A stretch of DNA of 64,000 nucleotides from an uncultured Actinomycetota bacterium (GCA_963750885.1 CAVVSN010000024.1:294542-358541), one strand, 5' to 3'; counted from the first letter of the stretch, positions 1-11,294 are shown. The notes: generated by a model from the letters alone, not told the origin. Numbers and translations: made by a program.

Positions 1-147
1 TGCACCCCGTCATCAGCGCCGTGACGGCGGCAAGTACGGCCAGGATGCGTGGCAAACCCATCAGGCCATGCTGTCATGTGCCTGACTCGGCCGTACGGCC
101 AGCGACCTCAGCGGCCGCGACCTCGGCTTCTGCTAGGTTGGGCAGCT

Positions 148-321
148 ATGAATCGCTTCGTTGCGCCCGCTGCCGCCAGCGTCGTGGTCGGCCTGTTGCT
201 GGGTGCGGCGGCGATCTTCGGGATCACGCTGATGGTGCAACAGGACACCAAGCCGCCGCTCCCCGGAGGCGACCCGCAGTCGTCGGTGCTCAACCGGGTC
301 GAGTACGGCAACCGCAGCTAG
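148..321 (+). CDS. Small secreted protein, DUF2613 family (Rv0236A-like)
   Basis: MNRFVAPAAASVVVGLLLGAA...VLNRVEYGNRS; hydrophobic N-terminus; lies directly upstream of aftD; TAGGTT -10 at 134-139 suggests a leaderless transcript. Confidence 0.85.
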   Translation: MNRFVAPAAASVVVGLLLGAAAIFGITLMVQQDTKPPLPGGDPQSSVLNRVEYGNRS

Positions 322-334
322 CCGCCCGACGACG

Positions 335-3300
335 ATGCGGGCCGAATCAGGGCCCGTTGAGGTCACGCAGGCATCCCGCCGCTGGCTGTGGTTGGTCGCG
401 GCGATAGCGCTGGCGCTGACCTTCGCCTCCTCACCCGGCCGGGTCTCCCCGGACACCAAGCTCGACCTGACCGCCAACCCAATGCGTTTCCTGTCCCGCG
501 CGACCAATCTGTGGAACAGCGACCTGCCGTTCGGGCAGGCGCAGAACCAGGCCTACGGCTACCTCTTCCCGCACGGCACCTTCTTCCTGGCCGGTCACCT
601 GCTGGGGCTGCCGGGCTGGGTCACCCAACGGCTGTGGTGGGCGCTGCTGCTGACCGTCGGCTTCTGGGGGTTGCTCCGGGTCGCCGAGGCACTGGGCATC
701 GGCAGCCCGACGTCGCGGGTTGTCGCAGCAGCGGCCTTCGCGCTGTCGCCACGGGTGCTGACCACCGTGGGGTCGATCTCGTCGGAGACCCTGCCGATCA
801 TGCTGGCGCCGTGGGTGCTGCTGCCGACGATCCTGGCGCTGCGCGATCAACGGGCGTTCGGTGCGGCGGCTGGCCGGCCAGGCCGGGGTGGCCGTCGCGC
901 TGATGGGTGCGGTCAACGCGATCGCGACGCTGGCCGGGTGTCTGCCCGCGGTGATCTGGTGGGCCTGCCACCGGCCCAACCGGCGGTGGTGGCGCTACAC
1001 CGCGTGGTGGCTGCTGGCGATGGTGCTGGCCATGACGTGGTGGGTGGCGGCCCTGGTTCTGATGGCCCGGATCAGCCCGCCGTTTCTGGATTTCATCGAG
1101 TCGTCCGGGGTGACGACGCAATGGTCGTCGGTGGTCGAGGTGCTGCGCGGTACCGACAGTTGGACGCCGTTCGTTGCGCCCAACGCCACCGCGGGCGCGC
1201 CACTGGTCACCGGGTCGGTCGCCATCGTGGCCACCTGTCTGGTGGCGGCGGCCGGGCTGGCCGGGCTCGCCATGAGCGGCATGCCCTCCCGTGGCCGATT
1301 GGTGACGATGCTGCTGCTCGGGGTGGCGTTGCTGGGCATCGGATACAGCGGTGGGCTGGGTTCGCCAGTGGCGCAACAGGTCCAGGCCTTTCTGGACGCC
1401 GGCGGCGCGCCGCTACGCAATGTGCACAAGCTGGAGTCGCTGATCCGCATCCCGGTGGTGTTGGGTCTGGCCCAGCTGCTGGGCCGAGTCCCGTTGCCGG
1501 GTAGCGCGCCGAAAACAGTGTGGCTGAACGCGTTTGCCCATCCGGAGCGCGACAAGCGGATCGCGGTGGGGATCGTGGCATTGACGGCGCTGATGGCCGC
1601 GACGTCGCTGGCCTGGACCGGGCGAATCACCCCGCCCGGCACGTTCACCGCGATACCGCGCTACTGGCACGAGACCGCGGACTGGCTCTCCGCCCACAAC
1701 ACCGGAACGCCGATCCCGGGCCGGGTGCTCGTGGTTCCCGGTGCGCCGTTCGCCACCCAGTTGTGGGGCACCAGCCACGACGAGCCACTGCAGGTGCTCG
1801 GCGACAGCCCATGGGGTGTGCGTGACTCCATCCCGCTGACCCCACCACAGACCATCCGCGCGCTGGACGCGGTTCAGCGTTTGTTCGCTGCCGGAACGGC
1901 TTCTGCGGGGCTCGCGGATACGCTTGCTGGACAGGGAATTTCCTATCTGGTGGTGCGCAACGACCTGGATCCGGATACGTCCCGGTCGGCCCGCCCGATC
2001 CTGGTGCATCGGGCGATCACCGGCTCGCCCCGCCTGCAGAAGGTCGCCCAGTTCGGCGCCCCGGTCGGGTCTGAGCCGGTAGCGGGGTTCGTGTCCGACA
2101 GCGGGTTGCGTCCGCGATATCCCGCGGTCGAGATCTACCGGGTCGACGGAGCGAACACCGGCGGCGCTCCCTATCTCGCCGACATCGACCAGATGCCGCG
2201 CGTCGACGGTGGTCCGGAGGCACTGCTGCGACTCGACGAGCGCCGACGGCTGACCGGGCAACCGGCGCTGGGTCCGGCGCTGCTGACCGCGGACGCGATG
2301 GCCGCGGGAGTGCCGGTTCCGGTTGCCCTGGTCACCGATACGCCGCTGGCACGGGAGACCGACTACGGCCGGGTCGACGACCACTCGTCGGCGATCCGGG
2401 CACCCGGCGATACCCGGCATACCTTCAACCGGGTGCCCGACTATCCAAGCCCGGGCGCCGACACGGTCTACGGCGCGTGGACCGGCGGCCGGCTGACGGC
2501 ATCCAGTTCGTCGTCGGACTCGACGGTGCTGCCCGACGTCGCCACCGCGGCGTCGCCTGCCGCCGCGATCGACGCCGATTCGGCCACCGCCTGGGTGTCC
2601 AACGCTTTGCAGTCGGCTGTGGGCCAGTGGCTACAGGTCGACTTCGACCATCCGGTGACCAATGCCGTCATCACCATCAACCCCAGCCCAACCACCGTCG
2701 GGGCCCAGGTGCGCCGGGTGGAGATCGAAACTGCCACCGGGACAACAACACTGAGATTCGATGAGGCAGGAAAACCGGTCACGGGTGCGCTCCCCTACGG
2801 CGAAACACCCTGGGTGCGGATCACCGCGATCGGCACCGACGACGGATCGCCGGGGGTGCAGTTCGCGATCACCGACTTGTCGATCACCCAGTACGACGCC
2901 AAGGGCTACGCGCATCCGATCAACGTGCGGCACACCGCCCTGGTCCCGGCAGCTCCGCCCAACGCGGCTGTCGCGCAATGGGATCTGGGAACCGAACCGC
3001 TGGGCAGGCCGGGCTGCGCGATGGGTCTTGAGGACATGCAGTGCGCACCCTCGATGGCGCTCGCACCGGAGTCGCCGGCCTCCTTCAGCCGCACCTTGAG
3101 TGTGCCCGCGCCGATTTCGGTGGTGCCGACGATCTGGTTGCGGGCACGTTCGGGACCGAAGCTGGCCGACCTGATCGCCGAACCGGACACCACCCAGGCC
3201 CACGGCGACTCCGATTCGGTCGACGTCCTCGGCGCCGCCTATGCGGCCACCGACGGCGACCCGACCACCGCATGGACGGCGCAGCAGCGGGTGGTGCAGC

Positions 3301-4544
3301 ACAAGACACCCCCGACGCTCACCCTCACCCTGCCCCAGCCCACCGAGGTGACCGGCCTGCGACTCACACCGACCTCGTCGTCCGTGCCCGCGCACCCGAC
3401 GATGGTCGCCGTCGACCTCGGCGACGGCCCGCAGGCCCACACATTAAAAATGTCTGGGCCGCAGACTATTTCGCTGAATCCCAAGGTCACCGACACCGTG
3501 ATGATCAGCCTGCTGGACTGGAAAGACGTCATCGACCGAACCGCGGTGGGTTTCGACCAGCTCAAACCGCCGGGGCTGGCCGACATCGCGGCGCTGGCCA
3601 CCGACGGCACTCCGATCGCCGTCGCCGACGCGGCCCGCAACCGGGGTCGCGACATCACCGTCGACTGCGAACACGGTCCGATCATCGCCATCGCCGGCCG
3701 ATTCGTGCACACCGAAGTGCACACGACGGTCGGCGCGCTGCTGGACGGTGCCCCGGTGAGCGCCCAGCCCTGTGACAGTGAGCCGATCCAGCTTCCTGCC
3801 GGCGAGCAGGAGCTGGTGGTAAGTCCCGGACCACAATTCGTCGTCGACGGCGCGCAACTGGCCGGTCCGCTCGCCGCGCAATCAACCACCGCCACCCCAA
3901 CACCTGTGACCACCGGCGCATGGGGCCCGGCCCGTCGCGAGGTCAACGTCCCGGACGCGAAAACGGCGCGGGTGCTGGTGGTGCCCGAAAGCATCAACGC
4001 CGGCTGGGTGGCGCACACCAGCATCGGAGATCGGCTGAAACCGTTGGCAGTCAACGGATGGCAGCAGGCGTGGGTAGTACCGGCCGGAACGTCGGGCACC
4101 ATCACGCTGAGCTTCGCGCCCAACTCGCTGTACCGGATCGGCCTGGCCGGTGGTCTGGCGTTGTTGCCGTTGCTCGCCTTGCTGGCGTGGTGGCCACAGC
4201 GACGCCGGTCCACCGATCCCGCGGCGTGCCCGTGGACGCCCGGACTCTGGTCCGCGGTCCCGGTGCTGACGGCCGGCGCCGTCATCGCCGGTGCGGCAGG
4301 CATCGCGGTCTTCGCCGCCGCGCTGGGCCTGCGCTGGGTGCTGCGGACGAGTCCGCAACGACGCGACAGCGCCACGCTGTGGTTGAGCGCGAGTGGATTG
4401 ACCCTGGCCGGCGCGGCCCTGTCCCGCCACCCGTGGCGATCGGTCGACGGGTACGCCGGCCATTCCGCCGGCGTGCAGCTACTTGCGCTGATTTCCCTTG
4501 CCGCACTGGCCGCCTCGACCGTGACGCGTACCGCTGAGCATTAA
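335..4544 (+). CDS. aftD: Arabinofuranosyltransferase AftD (Rv0236c ortholog), one apparent frameshift near 855
   Basis: SPDTKLDLTANP and QNQAYGYLFPHG in ORF 335-1504 continue into ORF 861-4544 (GT-C membrane domain plus carbohydrate-binding modules). Confidence 0.93.
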
Positions 4545-4660
4545 CGCTCAGCTGTGCATGCAGCTCCCCATCCCCGGGTGACCCGTCGACGGGTGACTTG
4601 CGACGCCGCTGCCCTGCTGTTACGGGATAGGCAGCGCTTTTCCTTCTGAGGTGGTGAGAC

Positions 4661-6301
4661 ATGGCGGCTGGGGATACGGCACTCACGGTGGCCGACATCG
4701 ACCGGTGGAACGCCGAGTCGGTGCGCGAGGTGTTCCACGCCGCCGCCGCGCGTGGCCAGGCGACGTTAGAGGCTGCGCGCCAACTGGATTCGTTGGCGGT
4801 GTTCGACATGTGGCAGGGCGCCACCGCGCAAGCCCGCCGGCACGCGGGCGCGTCGATCCGCCTCGACCTCGACGCGCACGGCAACGAATCACTGGTGGTG
4901 GCAAGAGCGGCCGTCAAGGCGGCCGACGACATTGCCCGGGTGCAGTCAGCGTTGATCACGTTGCGCCGCGACGCGGGCGAGTTGCAGATGACGATCGACC
5001 GGGCCACCAACACGGTGATGCCGCGTTCGAACTTCAGCGGGCCGCCGACGGCGGCACTGATCGCCGAAATGCAGCTGCAGCGTCGGCTGGATGCGATTGT
5101 GGCAGAAGCTGGTTCAACTGATCGGGAACTGGCGGACGCGATCGACATGGCCGACGGTGACCGGCCGGTTCCGCCTGGCCCGCACGACAATCGACCGCGA
5201 ATCCAAGATGCGCTATCCGGCCCGTTGCCGGACGATCCCAAACAGTTCCACGCGCTGTGGAATCAGCTCAGCCCCGATGAAAAGGATTGGCTGTACAACC
5301 AGGACCACGGCGTCGGCAACCACCCTGGGATGCCATGGGATCCCCTGGACCACCTGGGCAAGGACCATTTCAACCGACTGCACCTGGCCGACTTGGAACT
5401 GCAGTCCCAGTCGGACGTCGACCGGATACAGCACAACATCGAAGCACTGACGAGTGTGCCGCACGTCGACGACGGCGCCCTCTACGCGTTGCAGTCGCAG
5501 CTCACCGTCGCCTCAAACCGCCTCGCGGGTTACGCGGCAGTGCAGGCAACCTTGGACACTGGCAAAGGGCCGCGACGATATCTGGGGATGCTGGACGAGT
5601 CCGGCCGCGGCGCGGTGGCGATCGGCAATCCCGACACCGCCTCCCGCAATGCGGTCTTCATACCCGGAACCGGCCAGGGGCTGGCCCGGCTGTCGTTCAG
5701 CGACGAGAAGTCGCTGGCGATGTACAACGCCACCATGACCGCCGACCCGGGCCTGCAGCCAGGTGACGTCGCGGTGACGACGTGGATGGGCTACGACCGT
5801 CCAATGGATTTGAGCCGTGCCGCTTTTCCCCAACCCGCGTACGGCGGTGCGGACCGGCTCGACGCTTTCGAAAACGGGCAGCGGGCGTCCCATGTCGGCG
5901 CGGCGTCCGTCGATACCGTGATCGGGCACAGCTACGGCTCGACGGTGCTCGGAGCGGCCGCCTCCCACGGGCGCCACCTCGACGCCGACAACATCATCGC
6001 GGTGGGCAGCCCCGGGATGCTGGTCGACCATGCCGACCGGCTGGACGTGCACACCCACGGCAACGTCTACGTGATGCGCGCCGCGAACGACGCGATCAGC
6101 ATGGGCGGCGTCGTCACCGAATGGACCCTGGGCGCCGACCCGATCGCACCGGGCTTCGGCGCCCATCGACTTGCCGCCGACCCGGGCCCGGCCGGGCCTT
6201 TCGGGCTGCCCAGCATCGGCGCCCACAGCAGCTACTGGCTGGACGGCAATACGGCGCTGAAGAATTTCGGCGCGGTCATCGCGGGCAGGCCGCCGCCCTG
6301 A
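4661..6301 (+). CDS. WXG-like helical N-terminus fused to a DUF1023/Abhydrolase_8 alpha/beta hydrolase
   Basis: LTVADIDRWNAESVREVFHAA...WQG N-terminus; VAIGNPDTA, VFIPGTG, TWMGYDRP, GHSYGS nucleophile elbow, GSPG, AHSSYW; SD GAGGTG upstream. Confidence 0.8.
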   Translation: MAAGDTALTVADIDRWNAESVREVFHAAAARGQATLEAARQLDSLAVFDMWQGATAQARRHAGASIRLDLDAHGNESLVVARAAVKAADDIARVQSALITLRRDAGELQMTIDRATNTVMPRSNFSGPPTAALIAEMQLQRRLDAIVAEAGSTDRELADAIDMADGDRPVPPGPHDNRPRIQDALSGPLPDDPKQFHALWNQLSPDEKDWLYNQDHGVGNHPGMPWDPLDHLGKDHFNRLHLADLELQSQSDVDRIQHNIEALTSVPHVDDGALYALQSQLTVASNRLAGYAAVQATLDTGKGPRRYLGMLDESGRGAVAIGNPDTASRNAVFIPGTGQGLARLSFSDEKSLAMYNATMTADPGLQPGDVAVTTWMGYDRPMDLSRAAFPQPAYGGADRLDAFENGQRASHVGAASVDTVIGHSYGSTVLGAAASHGRHLDADNIIAVGSPGMLVDHADRLDVHTHGNVYVMRAANDAISMGGVVTEWTLGADPIAPGFGAHRLAADPGPAGPFGLPSIGAHSSYWLDGNTALKNFGAVIAGRPPP

Positions 6302-6322
6302 GACCTGACGGCGCCATGGACG

Positions 6323-7969
6323 CTAAAGCGTTTCGTCGAGTTCGCCGAGACGGTCGGTCAAGCGCAGGTTGTCGGAGTAGTCCACCGGGCAGCAGATCAG
6401 TGAAACGCCGTCCTCGTCGAGCGCGGCCCGCAAGGTGGGTAGCAATTCGTCGGCGCTCTTGATCTGATAACCCTTGGCGCCAAAGCTTTCCGCGTACTTC
6501 ATGATGTCAGGGTTGCCGAATTTGACATAGTGGTGCTCGCCGAGTTCGAGGTCCATCTTCCACTCGATCAGGCCGTATCCGCCGTCTTCCCAGATCAGCA
6601 CGACTAGCGGAATCTTTTCCCGGACAGCGGTCTCGATCTCTTGGGAGTTCATCAGGAAGGCCCCGTCACCGGCCACTGCCAGTACCTTCGAGTCCGGTTT
6701 GGCCAACTTGACTCCGAGGGCACCGGGCAGCGCGAAACTCATGGTGGATAACCCATTTGAGATCAGGCAAGTGTTGGGTTCATACGTCGGGTAGAGCCGG
6801 GCCATCCACATTTTGGTGGCGCCGGTGTCGACCAGCACGATGTCGGAGCGGTCCAGCGCGGCCCTGGTGTCGGCGACGACCCGCGCCGGCGCCAACGGGT
6901 ACCGCGAATCCTGTTGTCCCCCGGCGAATTCCTCGCTGAGCAAACCTGCTCCGGGGATCTCCGGATCGGCGGCGAAGACGTGGTCCTGAAGCCCTTCGGC
7001 CAGCGCGTCCAGCGACTCGCTGATGTCGCCGATGATCCCGACATCGACCGAGTAGTGCGCGTCGACCTCAGCCGGGAAGCGGTGAATGTGAATGATCTTC
7101 TTGTCGGCTTTCGGGTTGATCCGGACCGGGTCGAACTCCTGCAGCTCATATCCCACCGTGATGATGGCGTCAGCGTTGTCGAAACCGAAGTTGACGTAGT
7201 CGTGCCGCATGAACCCCAGCGCCCCGATGCTGTTGGGGTGATCATCGGGCATCACGCCCTTGCCATGGAACGTGTTGGCCACCGGGATGCCGAACTTCTC
7301 CGAGAAGCGCACCAGAGCATCGGTCGCGCCGGAACGGGCCGCGCCGTGTCCGGCCAAAAGCACCGGCCGCTTGGCCTTGCGCAGGATGTCGACGGCGCGC
7401 GCTACTTGGCGGGCGGCGGGTGCGTCAGCGTGAACGACGTTGCGCGGCAACGGGCCCAGGTCGTAGTCGGCCTCGTCGGCATCGATGTGTTCGGGCACGG
7501 CGAGGTACACCGCGGCCGGGCGTTCGGTCTCGGCAAGCTTGAACGCCTTGCGAACCATCTCCGGTATCGCCTCAGCAGTCGGGATCCCAGCGGCCCATCG
7601 GGTGATCGGCGCGAACATCGAGACCAAGTCGACGTACTGGTGTGACTCCTTGTACTGCCGGTTCTGGCCTACCTGGGCAGAGATCGCGACCAGCGGCGTG
7701 CTGTTGGTGGTGGCGTCGGCGACACCGAGCTGCATGTTGATCGCACCCGGGCCCAGCGTTGCGGACACCACCGCCGCACGCCCGGTGACCCGCCCGTACA
7801 TCTCGGCCATGAACGACGCCGCTTGCTCGTGGCGGGTGAGCACATAGCGGATGCGCGACGCGGCCAGCGCCTGCACGAAGCGGATGTTCTCCTCACCGGG
7901 CAGTCCGAAGACCACCTCGACGCCCTCGTTTTCCAGGCACTTGACTATTAACTCGGCCGCTTTACTCAT
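6323..7969 (-). CDS. ThDP-dependent enzyme of the acetolactate synthase large-subunit family (possible 2-oxoglutarate decarboxylase)
   Basis: FGLPGEEN, RHEQ, TLGPGA and GDGAFLMN ThDP motif; SD GGAGG upstream. Confidence 0.88.
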   Translation of the reverse strand: MSKAAELIVKCLENEGVEVVFGLPGEENIRFVQALAASRIRYVLTRHEQAASFMAEMYGRVTGRAAVVSATLGPGAINMQLGVADATTNSTPLVAISAQVGQNRQYKESHQYVDLVSMFAPITRWAAGIPTAEAIPEMVRKAFKLAETERPAAVYLAVPEHIDADEADYDLGPLPRNVVHADAPAARQVARAVDILRKAKRPVLLAGHGAARSGATDALVRFSEKFGIPVANTFHGKGVMPDDHPNSIGALGFMRHDYVNFGFDNADAIITVGYELQEFDPVRINPKADKKIIHIHRFPAEVDAHYSVDVGIIGDISESLDALAEGLQDHVFAADPEIPGAGLLSEEFAGGQQDSRYPLAPARVVADTRAALDRSDIVLVDTGATKMWMARLYPTYEPNTCLISNGLSTMSFALPGALGVKLAKPDSKVLAVAGDGAFLMNSQEIETAVREKIPLVVLIWEDGGYGLIEWKMDLELGEHHYVKFGNPDIMKYAESFGAKGYQIKSADELLPTLRAALDEDGVSLICCPVDYSDNLRLTDRLGELDETL

Positions 7970-8047
7970 CGGCACCTCCCTTTGAGGAACGTTAGTGGCA
8001 GGCTATGTGTTGAAACTTTCACCATCTATGCAGCGAAGGATGTCACC

Positions 8048-9424
8048 GTGCCCATCGCGACCATCAACCCGGCCACCGGCGAGACAGTCAAAACCTTCGA
8101 CGCCGCTACTGACAGCGACGTCGACGCCGCAATCGCCCGCGCTCACGAGCGCTTCCTCGACTACCACCGCTCCACCACGTTTGCCCAGCGCGCCGAGTGG
8201 GCAAACGCCACCGCTGATCTTCTCGAGAAGGAAGCCGACGAGGTCGGCGCCATGATGACCCTCGAGATGGGCAAGACCCTGAAGTCCGCGAAGGCCGAGG
8301 CGATCAAGTGCGCCAGCGGTTTTCGCTATTACGCCGAGAACGCCGAGAAGCTGCTGGCCGACGAGCCCGCCGAGGCGTCCAAGGTCGGAGCGAAAAGGGC
8401 GTACACCCGCTGGCAGCCGCTGGGCGTGGTGCTCGCCGTGATGCCGTGGAACTTCCCGCTCTGGCAGGCCGTCCGATTCGCCGCCCCTGCCCTGATGGCC
8501 GGCAACGTCGGCCTGCTCAAACACGCCTCCAACGTTCCGCAGTCGGCGCTGTACCTGTCCGACGTGATCGCGCGCGGCGGATTCCCCGAAGGCTGTTTCC
8601 AGACGCTGCTGGTGTCCTCCAGCGCCGTCGAAGCCATCCTGCGCGACCCCCGGGTCAAAGCGGCGACGCTCACCGGGAGTGAACCGGCCGGCCAGTCCGT
8701 CGCCGCCATTTGCGGTGACGAGATCAAGCCCACCGTGATGGAACTCGGCGGCAGCGACCCCTTCATCGTGATGCCGTCGGTCGACCTCGAGGCGGCCGTC
8801 AAGACCGCGGTCAAGGCCCGGGTGCAGAACAACGGCCAGTCCTGTATCGCCGCGAAGCGGTTCATCGTGCACACCGACATCTACGACGCGTTCGTCGACA
8901 AGTTCGTCGAGACTATGCAGGGGCTCAAGGTCGGCGACCCGACTGACCCGGACACCGACGTGGGCCCGCTGGCCACCGAGTCCGGCCGCGACGAAATCGC
9001 CAAGCAGGTCGACGAAGCCGTCGCTGCGGGCGCGAAGGTCCGCCTCGGCGGCAAGACCCCCGACCAGCCCGGCTGGTTCTACCCGCCGACCGTGGTCACC
9101 GACATCACCAAGGACATGGCGCTCTACACCGAAGAGGTGTTCGGCCCGGTCGCCTCGATGTATCGCGCCTCGGGCATCGACGAGGCGATCGAGATCGCGA
9201 ACGCCACCACGTTCGGGCTCGGTTCCAACGCGTGGACCAACGACGAGGCCGAGCAGGAGCGCTTCATCGACGACATCGAGGCCGGCCAGGTCTTCATCAA
9301 CGGGATGACAGTGTCCTACCCCGAACTCGGGTTCGGCGGCGTCAAGCGGTCCGGCTACGGCCGGGAGCTGGCCAACCTCGGGATCCGGGCATTCTGCAAC
9401 GCCAAAACGGTGTGGGTGGGCTAG
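8048..9424 (+). CDS. gabD1: NADP-dependent succinate-semialdehyde dehydrogenase (Rv0234c ortholog)
   Basis: PIATINPATGE start, MPWNFP, LKHASNVP, TLTGSEPAG, ELGGSDP, GQSCIAAKR, EEVFGP; synteny. Confidence 0.93.
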   Translation: MPIATINPATGETVKTFDAATDSDVDAAIARAHERFLDYHRSTTFAQRAEWANATADLLEKEADEVGAMMTLEMGKTLKSAKAEAIKCASGFRYYAENAEKLLADEPAEASKVGAKRAYTRWQPLGVVLAVMPWNFPLWQAVRFAAPALMAGNVGLLKHASNVPQSALYLSDVIARGGFPEGCFQTLLVSSSAVEAILRDPRVKAATLTGSEPAGQSVAAICGDEIKPTVMELGGSDPFIVMPSVDLEAAVKTAVKARVQNNGQSCIAAKRFIVHTDIYDAFVDKFVETMQGLKVGDPTDPDTDVGPLATESGRDEIAKQVDEAVAAGAKVRLGGKTPDQPGWFYPPTVVTDITKDMALYTEEVFGPVASMYRASGIDEAIEIANATTFGLGSNAWTNDEAEQERFIDDIEAGQVFINGMTVSYPELGFGGVKRSGYGRELANLGIRAFCNAKTVWVG

Positions 9425-9459
9425 CCGCTGCGGGCCGCCGCCACTAGACAGACGCGTTG

Positions 9460-9512
9460 GGATCGACGCTGACGCGGGATCTACTCGAAGTTTCCCGCGC
9501 TGGCGTCGATCT
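9460..9512. repeat. REP-like intergenic inverted repeat, possible bidirectional terminator
   Basis: GATCGACGC...CGCGGGA pairs with TCCCGCG...GCGTCGATC, between the convergent gabD1 and R2lox genes. Confidence 0.7.
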
Positions 9513-9524
9513 CGGCCGCCAGAT

Positions 9525-10460
9525 CTAGACGCCCGCCAAAGCCTTCTCGTCTTCAGCGGCGAAGGTGTCTTCCAGTTGCACCGGCGAGTAGTCGAGGTCG
9601 ATCTCGGCGAGTGGACGTCCGCGTGCGCTGGAGATGGTGCCGAACCGGCGCATGCCCTTGTCGGCGGCGTACTGCATCATTTCGTCCTGCACCAGATTGA
9701 ACGGCGGCACGTCGAACAGCGCGAATCCCTGCGCGGTGGCGTCGAGCGCGAGTGGCATCAGGTCGTTCATCCGCGACTCGAACACATTCCAGTTGGCGTC
9801 GTCGGCTGCGACGTGGCGACGGCAGGTGAAGGTGCCCCACGCCATGTGGCGGCGCTCATCGTCGCCGATGCGGCGCACCAATTCCTGCATGCCGGGCAAG
9901 ATTCCGCGTTCGACGCAGATCTTGTGCCACGCGTAGTAGCCGGTGAGCGCCAGCATGCCCTCGACGACGTGGTTGTAGGTGACTGACGCCCGGATCTGCG
10001 CTGCCGGTGACGCATCGGACGACAAGGCGTTGAGGGCGTCCGGCAGCTCGTCGTAGAACATCGTCCGATAAGCCGTTAGCGGTTCCAGGTAGGGCTGAAG
10101 GTTCTCGGTCATCCCGACGGCGTCGAGCCACAGGCGAAAAACCTGGGTGTGCTTGGCCTCTTCGAAGGCGAACTGAGTCAGGTACATCTCGTCGCCGAGG
10201 CGTCCTTCTTCGCGCATCGCGGACATGAACGGCTGGATGTCCTCGGTCACCGCCTCCTCGCCGGCGATGAACTGCGCGCACAGCCGGGTGGCGAAATCGC
10301 GTTCATCGTCGTTCAGCCGCTCCCAGTCGGCGCGGTCCCGCGAGAAGTCGATGTCGGCGGGATTCCAGAATTTGGCATTGCCGCCGGCGAACAACTTGAG
10401 CGGCAGGCTGTCCCAGTTGAGACCGCCGGCTGCCAGTGAATCTGAATGTGTGCGTGTCAT
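9525..10460 (-). CDS. R2-like ligand-binding oxidase R2lox (Rv0233 ortholog, annotated nrdB in Mtb)
   Basis: [23 protein letters not shown] and DDERRH dimetal-carboxylate ligands; synteny. Confidence 0.92.
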   Translation of the reverse strand: MTRTHSDSLAAGGLNWDSLPLKLFAGGNAKFWNPADIDFSRDRADWERLNDDERDFATRLCAQFIAGEEAVTEDIQPFMSAMREEGRLGDEMYLTQFAFEEAKHTQVFRLWLDAVGMTENLQPYLEPLTAYRTMFYDELPDALNALSSDASPAAQIRASVTYNHVVEGMLALTGYYAWHKICVERGILPGMQELVRRIGDDERRHMAWGTFTCRRHVAADDANWNVFESRMNDLMPLALDATAQGFALFDVPPFNLVQDEMMQYAADKGMRRFGTISSARGRPLAEIDLDYSPVQLEDTFAAEDEKALAGV

Positions 10461-10469
10461 CAGACCTCC

Positions 10470-11151
10470 TCAGATCTTTTGTGGCTCAATCTTGTTGCTG
10501 CCTTGGGGAATCGGGGCAAATGCCGCGGTCAACACGGCTACCAGACGGCGGACTGCCAGCGCGGGCTGCTCTGGGGTGGGGTCATCGAGACCCAGGATTG
10601 GATCCAGCCCGCGCATGTAAGGCGCGAGCGCCAGGTGCGGAAAGATCAACAGCAGCAACGACATCAACGCGTCGGTGTCGGCATCCTTGCGAAACTCGCC
10701 CCGCAGTTGGGCGTCGCGCACCAGTGGCCGCAGCACTTCCAGATAGTGGCGATGGATGACGCTGCGCACGCTGATCCGGGCATCGGTGTCGACTTCCAGG
10801 CTGGCTGCCGCGTGCAGCGAGCGTTCGTGCGGATGGTCGGCGAAGTAGGCGATCCACACGTCGAGCCAGTCGGTCAGGAAGTCGAAGAACGGCCGACTCG
10901 GATCGAGCTCACGGATCCGGTCCTCCATGTAAGCCCGCACCCGCTGGCTGACGACGTCGGTGATGAACGCATACAAGGTCGCGTTTGTCGGCAAAGTATT
11001 GGAACAGGCTGCCTTTGGCGACGCCGGCACGCCGGGCGATCACGTTGAGACTGCCGCCGGAGAAGCCGTGCGCACCGAACTCCGCCTCCGCAGCTTCTAT
11101 CACTGCGGCCCGTCGCGTGGCATCGACGCGAGCCCAGGTGACCGTCGGCAT
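10470..11151 (-). CDS. TetR-family regulator (Rv0232 ortholog), frameshift near 10975
   Basis: MPTVTWARVD...IARRAGVAKGSLFQYFADKRDL HTH; continues in ORF 10470-11030. Confidence 0.88.
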
Positions 11152-11169
11152 CAGCCCTCCTCCGGTGGA

Positions 11170-11182
11170 TGACCACTGGTCA
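11170..11182. promoter_or_regulatory. Palindromic operator candidate TGACCA-C-TGGTCA
   Basis: Perfect 6-bp inverted repeat 18 nt upstream of the TetR start, in the divergent TetR/php intergenic region. Confidence 0.6.
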
Positions 11183-11294
11183 CTTTAGGGTGAGCCACGT
11201 CACTTCGCAAGAGTCGGAGCGGACAAATTCCCGATTCGATCCCGTCTCCCCGATCCGGACCATCGGACGCCGCCGTAGTCCTAGAGTCGGCTAC

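Noticed and set aside
322-362. CGACGACGATGCGGGCCG, resembling a MIRU-type repeat
   Set aside because: Too short and degenerate, single copy, and overlaps the aftD start region.
4581-4594. Perfect palindrome ACCCGTCGACGGGT downstream of aftD
   Set aside because: No loop or U-tract and no second copy; could be chance in GC-rich DNA.
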